From the NCBI RefSeq assembly GCF_004010195.1, contig NC_057755.1, forward strand, positions 8,745,685 to 8,809,684: a stretch of DNA of 64,000 bases, in the 5' to 3' direction. The number at the start of each line of letters is the position of its first letter. Positions within the stretch are counted from its first letter, which is position 1. The notes under the pieces were generated by a model. That model worked only from the letters and a program-made list of their open reading frames with translations. It was not told the origin of the DNA and did no database searches. The DNA is from Chiloscyllium plagiosum. Lineage: Eukaryota. The position numbers and the translations under genes were made by a program. This document shows, piece after piece, positions 50,096 to 62,565 of this stretch.

Positions 50096-52022
50096 ACAAA
50101 CAGAAGATTCACAGTCTTCTCAGTTTAGGGGACTGACTCTATGCTGGCTGGTGCTATAGTCAGTATGTTACTGTTAGTTTCTGTTTCCTTTTTCTGGAGG
50201 AGAAAACCTGATACCTGAACGGGCTGAACTATTTAGCCAGTTTGTTAACTGGCATTCCTTTTCGTGAGGACTGATTGTTAAACTCCTGATACACTTAATG
50301 AGTTTCAGGTTTAACTCAGTTCTCTTTAGGGGACTGTTGTTTCACTGGCTGGTTACAGCCTGTGTGTTACTCTTCTCTCCTTTTACTCTTTATATTAAAA
50401 GGATAATGTTAATTTAATGGTAGGGCTTAGCCCTTGGACTCTAGTTTTCTATGTTTTTTGTATGTGTCTTCACTTTTTATTGGTGTTTCGACTGAGCCCT
50501 TGTGGAAGACATACATTTTACCAGAGGAGCTGTTCCTGTGGGGAGGCCTAGCCATGGAACTGGGCCTCCGAAGATTGAACACCTGTGTGTGTGCTGGGAG
50601 GTGAGCAGTTGCTGTATCCTCGAGTTTGGGAGAAGACCTTTCCTTCAGGAGTGGACCAAACCCCTGTGATTTAACTGCACCTGTACTATGTACTGTGTTC
50701 CTATGACTGGGACTGGCTCTCCAAGCCTGGACCAGGTTTCCATTGAGACTGAACAATTGTGTGCTGTGGGGTGTGCATTTGCTGCCTCCAGGAGAGGACT
50801 CTGCCCTTGGTTGTGGACTGTTTTTAACAATGGACTCTGCAGTTTGGAGCGGATCTAATTCAGACATTGCACATTGTATACTGGAGTGGACTCTTCCTGG
50901 AAATGGATTTCATATCTTGAAGACGGTATTGATTTGGACTGTGTACCAGAAAGGAGTTTAGTTTGGGGTAACTAACTGTATTGTGGTGTTTCCTGGGTCT
51001 ATCACCCGCACTGTCTTGCGTGTCCCTGTGTCTGGCAGGCCTTAACTGTGAGCTGGGAGGCTCATGGGTCGTCCTGACAGCTGTCACACCGAGAGCCGGA
51101 GGGTGGGTAGGCCATCCTTTGATTCTAAAGGTTAGAAGGCTGTCCCAAAAGCCGGAGGGTGGGTAGGCCACCCTGATGGCAGTCGCCCCGAGAGCCAGAT
51201 GGTGGGTAGGCTGTTCTGAGCACTGTCGTCCCGATAAGGGTTAATTGGGACGGGCTGTCCTAGAGGTGGTCGAAAGGTGTCAGAGCAGCCGAGTACCAGA
51301 AAGCGCGTAGGGGTGGGCTGAGATCCGGAAGGCTTGTGGGCTACCTACACGGTGTCGTCCCAGAGAAGGGGACGGGCTGTCTTAGAGGTGGTCGAAAGGT
51401 GTGCCAGGATAGCCCACTGGTCGGTGGGCTGGGTGAGAGCCCAATGGTACGTAGGGGCAGACCGAGAGCCAGAAGGCGGGTAGCCGTTCTCGGCGCTGTC
51501 ACCCCGGGCAGGTAGCGGGGCGGGCTGCCCCAGAGATGGTCGAAAGGTCCTGAGGGTGGTTAGTGAAGCCTGAAGGTGGGTAGGCCGTCCTGACCGCTGT
51601 CACCCCGGGCGGGTATCGGGTCGGGCTGTCCTAGAGGTGGTCGAAAGGTGTGTCAGGGCGGACCGAGAACTGGAAGGGGCATGGGGTGGACCGAGAACTG
51701 GAAAGTGGGTATGGGCGGGCTGCCTTAGAGTGGTCGGAAGGTGGGAGGGGCGGGGGCTTGCTGGGTCTGTATTGTCTGCACTTTTGTATGTAACAGTACT
51801 GTCTAATGTACAACTGTCATTGCTGTTGTCTCTTTATATCTTTCTGTGAAACTGGGATTCTGAGGTTTGTCCTCATGTCCCTGTAAACTGTTTGAATGGT
51901 AGGGTTTGGGGCCTGGCTTTGCTGCTCCTCTCCCTCGTAAAATTGCTGTCTCTTGTATGCAGCTGTAAATGTAACTGTTTGTTGTAAACTGTTTTTGTAA
52001 TTTGTTTAATAAAATAAAAAAA
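50096..52022 (+). mobile_element. Non-coding poly(A)-tailed retroposon-like unit 1 (~1.93 kb)
   Basis: Begins acaaacagaagattc; internal GC-rich subrepeats; ends tttaataaaataaaaaaa. Confidence 0.75.
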
Positions 52023-53953
52023 AAACAGGAGATTCAGAGTTTTCTCAGTTTAGGGGACTGACTCTATGCTGGCTGGTGCTATAGTCAGTATGTTACTGTT
52101 AGTTTCTGTTTCCTTTTTCTGGAGGGGGAAACCTGACTACTGAACTGGCTGAATTATTTCGCCAGTTTGTTAACTGGTACTCCTTTTAGTGAGGACTTAT
52201 TGTTAAACTCCTGATGTACACAATGTAGGGGATTGTTGTTTCACTGGCTCGTTACAGCCTTTGTATTACTCTTTTCTCATTTTACTCTTTTTGAGAAACG
52301 GATAATGTTAATTTTGTGGTAGGGCTTAGCCCTTGGACTCTAGTTTTCTTTGTGTTTTTTTTGTATGTGTCTTCACTTTTTGTTGGTGTTTGGACTGAGC
52401 CCTTGTGGAAGACATACATTTTACAAGAGGAGTTGTTCCTGTGGGGAGGCCTTGCCCTAGGATTGGGCCTCTGAAGATTGAACACCTGCGTGTGTGCTGC
52501 GAGGAGAGCACTTGCTGTATCCTGTAGTTTGGGAGAAGACCTTTCCTTTGGGAGTGGACCAAACCCCTGTGAGTTAACTACACCTGTACAATGTACTGTT
52601 CCTGTTTTTCCAAGCCTGGTTTTCCCAGCCTGGTTTTCCAAGGCTGGGCCAGGACTCCATGGAGACTGAACATTTGTGTGCTGTGGGGTGTGCATTTGCT
52701 GCCTTCAGGAGTGGACTCTGCCCTTAGGAGTTGACTCTGCCCTTGGTTGCAGACTCTGTTTTTAGCAATGGATACTGCAGTTTGGAGTGGACTCTATTTG
52801 CGACAATGCACATTGTATATTGGAGTGGACTCTTCCTGGAAATCGATTCTATATTTCGAAGACTGTATAGATTTGGACTGTGTACTAGAAAGCACTCTGT
52901 TTTTTGGTACTTAATTGTGTTGTGGTGTTTCCTGTACTGTCTTGCGTGTCCCTGGGTCTGGCAGGCCTTACTGTGAGCTGGGAGGCTCATGGGTCGTCCT
53001 GAAAGCTGTCACCCTGACAGCCGGAGGGTGTGTAGGCCATCCTGTGAACCTGAAGGTTGGTAGGTTATCCTGAAAGCCGGAGGGTGGGTAGGCCACCCTG
53101 GTGCCAGTTGTCCTGAGAGCCAGATGGTGGGTAGGCCACTCTGAGCACTATCTTCCTGAGACTGGGTAATCGAGATGGGCTGTCCTAGAGGTGGTCGGAA
53201 GGTGTGTCAGAGCAGCCGAGAGCCAGAAGGTGCGTCGGGGCGGGCTGAGATCCGGAATGCTTGAGGGCTACCCTGCACGCTGTCGTCCCAGAGAAGGGGA
53301 CGGGCTGTCCTCGAGGTGTCCGGAAGGTGTGCCAGGATAGTCCATTGTTCGGTGGCGCATCAGGGTGGGTGAGAGCCCAATGGTACGTAGGGGCAGACCG
53401 AGAGCCAGAAGGTGGGTAACCGTCCTCAGCACTGTCACCCCGGCAGGTACCGGGGCGGGCTGCCCCAGAGATGGTCGAAAGGTGCTGAGGGTGGTTAGTG
53501 AAACCGGAAGGTGGGTAGGCCATCCTGACCGCTGTCACCTCGGGCGGGTATCGGGGCGGGCTGTCCTAGAGATGGTCGAAAGATGTCAGGGTGGACCGAG
53601 AACTGGAAGGGGCATGGGGTGGACCGAGAGCCGGAAGGTGGGTAGGGGCGGGCTACCTTAGGGTGTTCGGAAGGTGGGAGGGATGGGGGCTTGCTGGGTC
53701 TGTATTGTCTGCACTTTTGTATGTAACAGTATTGTCTAATGTACACATGTCATTGTCGCTGTCTTGTCATATGTGGAACTGGGATTTGAGGTTTGTCCTC
53801 CTCTCCATGTAAAATGGTTAAACGGTAGGGTTTGGGGCCTAGCTTTGCTGCTCCTCTCCCTTGTAAAATTGCTGCCTCTTGTGTACAGCTGTAAATGTTG
53901 TTTGTAAACTGTTTTGTGATTTATTTAATAAAATAAAAAAAACGGGAAAAAAA
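52023..53953 (+). mobile_element. Non-coding poly(A)-tailed unit 2 (~1.93 kb)
   Basis: Colinear with unit 1; same start and same A-tail end. Confidence 0.75.
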
Positions 53954-55280
53954 ACAAACAGGAGATTCAGAATCTCTCAGTTTAGGGTACTGACTCTCTG
54001 CTCACTGGTGCTATAGTCAGCACTGGTGCTATAGTCAGTATGTTACTGTTAGTTTCTGTTTCCTTGTTTTTGGAGGGGGAAACCTGATTACTGAACTGGC
54101 GGAATTATTTAGCCAGTTTGTTAACTGGCATTCCTCTTTGTGAGGACTGATTGTTAAACACCTGATGCACATAATGATTTTCAGGTTAAACTCAGTTCTC
54201 ATTAGGGGATTGTTCTTTCACTGGTTGGTTACAGAGTGTGTGTTACTCTTTTCTCTCCTTTTTGCTTTTGAGAAAAGGACAATGTGGACTTTATGGTAGG
54301 GCTTAGCCCTTGAATTCTAGTTTTCTTTGTTTTTTTTTGTATGTATACTCACTGTTTTAGGTGTTTGGACTGAGCCTTTGTGGAAGACATACATTTTACC
54401 AGAGGACCTGTTCCTGTGGGGAGGCCTTGCCCTGGGATTGGGCCTCTGAAGATTGAACACCTGTGTGTGTGTGCTGGGAGGAGAGCACTTGATGTATCCT
54501 GGAGTTTTGGAGAAGATCTTGCCTTCAGGAATGGACCAAACCGCTGTGAGTTAACTGCACCTGTACTATGTTCCTGTGAGTGGGCCTGGTTTTGCAAGAC
54601 TGGGCCAGGACTCTATGGAGACTGAACATCTGTGGGGTGTGCATTTGCTGCTTTCAGGAGTGGACACTGCCCTTGGTTGCGCACTCTGTTTTTAGAAACG
54701 GAATCTGCAGTTTGGAGTGGACACTATTTCTGACATTGCACGTTGTATACTGGAGTGGACTCTTCCTGGAAATGGATTCTATATCTTGAAGACTGCATAG
54801 ATTTGGACTGTGTACCAGAAAGGACTCTATTTTTGGTAACTAACTGTATTGTGGTGTTTCCTGGGTCAATCACCTGCACTGTCTTGCGTGTCCCTGGGTC
54901 TGGCAGGCCTTGCTGTGAGCTGGAAGGCTCATGGGTTGTCCTGAAAGCTGTCACCCCGAGACCCAGAGGGTGGGTAGGGGCGGGCTGCCTTAGAGTGGTC
55001 GGAAGGTGGGAGGGATGGGGATCTGTATTGTCTGCACTTTTTTATGTAACTGGATTTTCTTATGTACAAATGTCATTATTGATGTCTCTTTATATTTTTA
55101 TGTTTGAAACTGGGATGTGTGGTTTGTCCTCAATTCCCTGTAAACTGGTTGAACGGTAGGGTTTGGGGTCTGGCTTTGCTGCTCCTCTCCCTTGTAAAAT
55201 TGCTATCTCTAGTTATCAGCTGAAAATGTAACAGTTTTGTGTAAACTGTTTTGTAATTTGTTTAATAAAATTTTAAAAAA
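53954..55280 (+). mobile_element. Non-coding poly(A)-tailed unit 3 (GC-rich middle deleted)
   Basis: Same ends as units 1-2; jumps from ...ctgtcaccccgag to gggtgggtaggggcgggc. Confidence 0.75.
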
Positions 55281-55678
55281 AAACAGGAAGGTAAGGTGTG
55301 TCAAGGCGGACCAAGAACTGCAAGGGACATAGGGTGGAATGAAAGATGGAACGTGCATAGGGGCGGGCTGCTTGAGAGTGGCCGGAAGCTGGGCGGGACG
55401 TGGGGTCGCGGAGTGTCTTGCTGAGTTTCTGGGGGTCTGTATTGTATGCAATTTTTTAATGTAATCGGACTGTCTTGTATGTAGCAATGTCTTTGTTACT
55501 GTTTTGTGGCAACTGAAACTGGGATTTGAGGCTTGTCTTCATTTCCCTGAAAACTCGTTGAACAGTAGGCTTTGAGGCATGGCTTTGCTGCCCCTCTCCC
55601 TTGTAAAATTTCTGTTTCTCTGAATACAGCTGTACATTTTAATTGTTTTTTAAACTGTGAATTGTTTAATAAAACATT
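55281..55678 (+). mobile_element. 5'-truncated, more diverged unit 4
   Basis: After aaacaggaagg it starts at sequence matching ~51646 of unit 1; ends tttaataaaa followed by acaaataggag. Confidence 0.7.
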
Positions 55679-56552
55679 ACAAATAGGAGGGCCAGGGGTT
55701 CTGTTCACTCCGAGAACTGGCTCTAAGGATACCAGACCAGTGGCAGGTACTTTACACATGTAAGTAAAGGGTGATAATGTAGCGACCTCTGTGAAGGTAC
55801 ATCATGGGAGACGAGCCTGAGATAAATGATGTATCCAGGCAAACGCACCTACTAGATAAAATGTCGTTGTAGTTCGAAATGCATCAAGTGGAACATGTCA
55901 TCTATATGGAATGCCGATGGAAGCACACACTCTCATCAGACCAACTGGGCTTCGGGGATAGCACTTGAGTGAAAGCAATTGCATCACCTCAGGACATACC
56001 CTGAACAGATGGACTCCCGGTCAGCTCACAACAAAAAACCGCAAAGCAAAGTCCAATCTCGGCCAAACTGTTAACATTTTCTTCAGGATCAGAACCAGAA
56101 AGCCATTGTCCTTGCTGCCAGGATGCGAATTTGTGACAGTGACAAACTCCCACTAGATCTGAAGTGAATAAAAGAATTGCTAGACCGGAATCCAGGAGTG
56201 TGCACATCGTGGAAAGCACACCTACAGCTGGCATGGAACAATTACATTGCTCAGCAACATCCAAATCAGAACTAATCAAAATAAACGTCGAGTTAAATGT
56301 TCACCTGGTTGCAATGGAAGTAGATACCAGCACAGCTGTATCAGTGGTTGCAGATCTAATCTTGAACAAAGTTCGCTCAGGACTCCAACTCTTAAGATTG
56401 TATAAGAGCTCAGCTAAACTAGATTAAGGGGACAACTTCGATTCTGGTCTCATATGAGAAGCAGCTGGTTCATTTTCCAATTGATTCACTTTCCAATTGA
56501 TTCACTTTGATTGGCTCAACATTTTTACAATAAGAAAATCGTTCCTTTTGCT

Positions 56553-56880
56553 TTACTCATTCACAGGATGAGGGTGTCGCTGGTTAACCAGCATTCATTG
56601 CCTATCCCAGAGGCAGTTAAGAGTCAACCACATTGCTATTGATCTGGAGTCACATGTTGGCCAGACTAGCTTAGGACAGCCGTTTCCTTCCCTGAAGGAC
56701 ATGAGCGAGCCAGATGGGTTTTTTCCAAGTTTTGACAATGGGTTTCTGGTCATCCCAGCCATTTTATTCCATATTTTTATTAAATTAAAATTAAAATTCC
56801 AAGGCAGTTTGCGAACTTGTGTCCCAGAATTATCAATCCCCATGATGATACCACCAGGCCATTTGCCTCCCCGATAGAGT
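56553..56880 (-). mobile_element. SINE of the second family nested in Gypsy B pol
   Basis: Homologous to 12265-12560. Confidence 0.65.
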
Positions 56881-58888
56881 GACATCCGGGCTTGAGTGAA
56901 GTCTGAACGAAATACCCAGAGCCTTTTCAGGAATGTCTAGGGATTCCAAAAGGAACGAAGGACACCTTGCAGATTGACCAAGAAGCAATTCCACGATTCT
57001 GCAATGTGCACCTAGTGCCGTCACCCTACACGGAAAAGCATACTCAGAAATCAGGAGGCTGCAAAGGGAAGGAATCATCAATCCAGTACAGTTGGCAGAA
57101 TGGACAGCACTGCGTGTACAATGAAACCTGATGGGTCGGTTTTGCCGTTGTGAGGATTTTAGACAACTGCAAACCAATCCTCACAGTTGCATCAATACTA
57201 ATCCCTCATTATAGCGAACCGAATTTTATGATGGGGCGCAAGAGGGATTGCCTTGAGTAAAGGTCTCCACCAGTCACTGGCGGTACACCAGTGGGGTCAT
57301 CCAATGGTTTCCAAAATGAACATGTTGGTGAGACATTCTGCCTGGTGGCCAAGATTGGATGACAGCACAATCACGTTGGTAAGGCAGTGCCCATTGTATC
57401 AACAAAGACAAAATATACCACCAACAGGTGCCTCCCATACACATGGAATTGGCTGGGTAAACATTGGTTTTGATTACATGTAGACTATACTGTTCCATTC
57501 ATGGGCTCAATGTTCTTGGTTATTGTGGATGCCCATTAAAAGTGGTTGGACCTGCATAGAATTCATTTGGCAAACTCTGTCATGATGATTGCAAAGCTCT
57601 GTGCATTATCTGTGATAAACAGAATTCTGGAAATATTGGTCAACAACAATTGGATGTTATATTTCAGCAGAGAATTCTGGTATTTCCAGAATGGCATTCA
57701 GCTTGTTCAGATAGCTCCATAACATCGACGTCCAATGGTGTGGTGCAAATGTTTAAATGAAGGCAGGTTTAAAGAAACAACCAACAGCTTCAATCGATTA
57801 CAAACTGTACTGAGTCTTGTTCGATTAGAGTACCTCCCCTCACACAACAACAGGGATAGCTCCAGCATATTTTCTGATAGGGAGAAGACTGCACCAGGTT
57901 AAACCTGATATTCCTGGACGGGGACGGGGGGGGGGGGGGGGGAGGGTGAAAAAGCATCATAAACACCAATACCACCACATGCCTCCTATGAGCGAGAGAG
58001 AACATTTAATTCAGGGGCGAAATTTGGTGTCGAAACCATACAAACGGCCGTGGATGGGTATGAGATTAGGTCAATGCGGTATCAGAGTCCGTAACTGACG
58101 GGGTTTGGGAAAGTGAACCGGTCCTGACAAACATGTGGATCATATGAAATCTGTTACATTCCAAAGGAGGTAGGAGCAATACATACCTGTCCCCTCAAAA
58201 CAGTCAGAAAGGCTATCAGAAATCCGGCGTTCACCCCCTTTGTCTAATGTCGAAGGAACCTCCGGGTCCGAGGTAGATGCAGCCTCGATACATGCACACA
58301 CAGCCACGGGGGCACAAGTAATATAGGGGAATATCAGCAGAACTGACGTAGAGTGACCATGTCGGAGATAGACGAGAGAAAAGCGAAAGGAAACACGGAA
58401 AAGAAATAGAACGGTCTCCTCATTCTCGGTACTGGCTTGGAGCTGCCTGATTTGGAGCTCATTTACTATGCACTTGTAAATAAAGTTTGACTTGGTGAAG
58501 CGATACTGGACTCTGCACAGTTATTTCAGTGTTAAATGAATGCACTCCATTATTATGAATGAGAGTTTATTGGAAATCTAAATTGTAATAACAGATAATA
58601 GTCTCTTGTTTGTTGGCAGATTGAGTCTGTCAGGTGTGATAAGGGAGGAAGCTAAACCCCCAATTTCTTTCAATCGGTTACATGAGAACAAATTACCACG
58701 TCAGATTATTTGTTTTGTGCAATGATGCAATCATTGGGGCTGTGCCAACTTTGATAGCCCGTTCCTAGTTGCACTTTGAAGTTAGCGCTTTGCTACTTCT
58801 TTTCCACGTGCCAGTAGACTGACCCATAGTGCCCTTAGGCAGGGAATTCCAGTATTTTGACTGAGTGAAAATGAAGGAACAGCAGTAT

Positions 58889-59205
58889 TAGATTACATTA
58901 GATTACATTACAGTGTGGAAACAGGCCCTTCGGCCCAACAAGTCCACACCGACCCGCCGAAGCGCAACCCACCCATACCCCTACATTTACCCCTTACCTA
59001 ACACTACAGGCAATTTAGCATGGCCAATTCACCTGACCTGCACATCTTTGGACTGTGGGAGGAAACCGGAGCACCCGGAGGAAACCCACGCAGACACGGG
59101 GAGAACGTGCAAACTCCACACAGTCAGTCGCCTGAGGTGGGAATTGAACCCGGGTCTCAGGCGCTGCGAGGCAGCAGTGCTAACCACCATGCCACCGTGC
59201 CGCCC
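58889..59205 (-). mobile_element. Young full-length HE1/V-SINE
   Basis: Minus strand gggcggcacggtggcatggtggttagc (A box) ... gggttcaattccc (B box), V-domain, gggccgaagggcctgtttcc tail shared with CR1, (taatgtaatc)n end. Confidence 0.92.
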
Positions 59206-59424
59206 ACCGTGCCAGTATATTTCCCACTCGAAATGGTGAGTGACTTGGAGGGGAACGTGCAGGGTGTGGTGTCGCCATATATCTGCTGACCTTGTCCAGA
59301 TGGAAGTGGTCACGTGTTGGAAGGTGCTGTCTCAGGATTTTGGGTGAATTTCTGGAGCGTATCTTTGAGCTGGTACATGCTGCTGTCATTGAGTGTCGGT
59401 GGTGGAGGGGCTAGATATTTGAAT

Positions 59425-59748
59425 CATAGGATCCTTAAAGTGTGGAAAAAAGCCCTTCGGCTCAACAAGTGCACACCAACCCTTCGGAGACCAACCCACC
59501 CATACACATTGCCCCAACCCAATATTCACCCCCGACTAGTGCACCGAACCTACACATTCCTGAGCACTATGAGATAATATAACATGGCAAATTCACCTAA
59601 CCAGCTCATGTTTGGATTTTGGGAGGAAACCCACGCAGACACTGGGAGAATGTGTAAAATCTACACAGAATATCGCCCGAGGCTGGACTCAAACCCGTGT
59701 CCTTGGTGCTGTGAGGTAGCAGTGCGAACCACTGAGCCACTGTGCCCC
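59425..59748 (-). mobile_element. Older HE1/V-SINE
   Basis: Homologous to 58889-59205. Confidence 0.85.
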
Positions 59749-59959
59749 CAAATAGAATGGTGAGCAATACTATGTATTGAATAAACAGTCATCACGTTCA
59801 TAAACTGTGATCAGTTACATTTAGCAACAACACATCAGTCTTCAAGTCTGAGAATACTGTGAGTGCCTTAGTGATAGTTGGATCCCAAGCCTCAGTTTCT
59901 ATTGCAATAACAGAAAAAAATGCTTACCTTTGAAAGCAGGTTGGTGGTATGCCGATCAC

Positions 59960-61481
59960 TTGGCTGTTCTAAATGCAATACCAGATACCAGACTTTCGGG
60001 TGACCTACTCCCTAATCACTACATTCCTGTCTAGCACAGTCATACACAGGGCTGACATAAAATAGTATATGGGCTCACAGCTTTCTATCCTTCCTGTAGC
60101 ATTTGTATCCTAGAACATTAAGCTGCCCATCCCTGAGCCATGTTTCTGTAATTGTTACGATATCCCAGTCCCATGTTCCTAAACATGCCCTGAGTTCATC
60201 TGCCTTTCCTGTTCGGCCTCTTGCATTGAAATAAATGCAGTTTAATTTATAAGTCCTACCTTGTCCCTGCCTGCCTGAATGTTTGACTCACTTCTGTTCT
60301 CAGCTGTACCCACCTCAGATCGATCTCTTTCCTCACTATCTGCCTGATTCCCTCCCTCCCCCCCCCCCCCAACCTTCCTAGTTTAAATCCTCCCAAGCAG
60401 TTCCAGCAAATTTCCTTGCCAGTATATTATTCCACTTCCAATTTAGGTGCAATCCGTCCTTCTTGGAGAGGTCACTTCTACCCCAAAATAGATCCCACTG
60501 ATCCAAAAAGGTGAATCCTTCTACCATATACCAGCCCCTCAGCCATGCACTCATCTACTCTATCTTTATGTTCCTGCCCTCACTAGCTCTTTTCACTGGG
60601 AGTAATCTACATATTACTACCCTTGAGGACCTCCTTTTTAAATTTCTGCCTAACTCTCTGTAATCTCCCTTCAGAATCTCAAACTTTTCCCTTCCTATGT
60701 CGTTGGTTCCAATGTGAACAATGGCCTTCTGCTGGCCCCTCTCCTCGGTGAGAACATTCTGCACCCTCTCTGAGACATCCTTGATTCAGGCACCAGGGAA
60801 ACAGCACACCATTCTGCTTTTTCTCGGCTGGCCACAGAAAGGTCTGTCTGTACCTCGGACTACAGAATCCCCTAACACAATTGATCTCTTGGAAACTGAC
60901 GTAACCCTCGTTGCATTAGAGCCAGTATCAATAGCTGAAACTTGGCTGTCCGTGCTAGTGAGGGCAGGAACATAAAGATAGAGCAGATGAGTGCATAGCT
61001 GTTTGAAATGGGTATAACCACAAGAGTCTCCTGCACTAGCTGCCTACCTCTCTTACCATTCGTGGAGTTAACCCATCTATGTGACTGCATCTGAGACTCC
61101 CCCCCCCCCCCCCCCTCTTTCTATAACTGCCATCCATCACATACTGTAGCTGTTGCAAATTCGTCATCGCTTCTATCTGTCTCTCCAACCGATCCACTCG
61201 ATCGGATAAGCTATGGCTGATATTTTAAGTTTAATCAGGAGATTTATCTCCAAAAACATTTAATCACGAAAGAATCCACTGTACCCAATCCTGCACCCCT
61301 GGACAGACTTAAATCAACAATTAACTTATCTCATTCTGTGCTGTGAACTTCGCCCAACAGTTCCTCCAAGATTAGTTGTGAATTTCACTGTTTGTTAATT
61401 TTCCCAGATGGACTCCGAGGTCCAGCGATACACGAATTCAAACAGCAAAGGTGTAACTGTGCAGGTTCATTCGTTCGTTCG

Positions 61482-61521
<40 letters not shown>

Positions 61522-61745
61522 CACTGTCCTCACCATGTGCTCCCTTTGTCTGCTCTTCTCCCTTTTAAAACTGCTGCTGTTTCGACTTCTTTTTATCAAA
61601 GTTCCAAACATTGCAACAGCATATAAAACAGTAATTGCTGCTCCTGGAATTCGAGGAAGTCATCTCCAACACCTAAAATACCTCAAAAAAAGGAGCAGCT
61701 CTTATAGCCAAACATTTTTCCCATCCTCCGTCTTGGATTACCCAG
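59960..61745 (-). mobile_element. CR1 5' portion: 5' UTR, ORF1 with SGNH esterase domain, start of ORF2 endonuclease; 3'-truncated
   Basis: IVHIGTNDIG (GxND) at 60555-60764; LHLFQCKR-like/GKADELRA...TETWL APE start remnant at ~60100-60240. Confidence 0.85.
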
Positions 61746-62565
61746 ATCCCATCCTGTTGTAACAATCAAGCGAGTTGCTTTATCCTGGATGGTGTCAAGA
61801 ATGTTATTTATAATTAATGCGAGTGCTAAATATTTATTTCACAGTTAATCTTGGTGCTGAGTCTCAATATTCAGTGAACTGCTTAGATATGTTGACGTGC
61901 GTGATCATCCACTGGGCATTGTAACTAATGTGACCAGAAATAAACAGGGGAAAGTAACAAGAGTCACAGCTGTGGACAGGAACTAAAGCTTAAGCTGGCA
62001 TTTCATAACAGCTTATACAAAACAAAATGCAAGGCACACCCAAAGAATGAGGTTCAGGAATGTTGAAATTGCAGCAGTTTCGATGATGGAAAAGACCTTT
62101 GAATATTACATATTCTCATCCAAATTGCAATAAATCCCAGCAAAATCAAATTTCCGAATGATAGCAGTTTGGAAGATAATAAGTTTAATCTTTGCATTCC
62201 GTGGTAGCCAGACATTGAACATATTCACATGAGGTGGCCACTGACCTTTTAGCACTAGAACGTAAACTTATTGACGACAAAAAACAACAAAGATTTAAAT
62301 GCAATAGAATCTGAAAAAAATCTTTATATGGAACAGAAAAGCAGCCTCAATATTTTGAACAGCAATACCCTTGAAAAATACCCAATCTCAGTGAAATATT
62401 ATTCGAAATACATTTTTTTAACAGAAGTGGTTATTTCAAATTTTCATGTTCTAGAGGCTTCTTTCCAATTCTGAGGACATTGACTTCTTTTCGGTTGATG
62501 CAGACAGGGAAATGCCACAAGTTCTTTAAAAATGGAGATCATGTTCTAATGCTGGAACTATATCT

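Larger units (their letters stand above)
48640..58528 (+). mobile_element. Decayed Mag-type Gypsy element B, homologous to element A; 5' LTR split by a ~6.9-kb insertion stack
   Basis: LTR 48640-48737 resumes at 55679; protease AMEVDTSTAVS (~56320), RT, integrase HHCC and core remnants to ~58000; 3' LTR end aaataaag...ttatttca at 58528. Confidence 0.78.

Noticed and set aside
50427..55159. Short ORFs within the 1.9-kb units
   Set aside because: Frames are not conserved between units and have no recognisable domain
58889..59205. tRNA gene
   Set aside because: The A/B boxes belong to a SINE head followed by a V-domain and LINE-like tail
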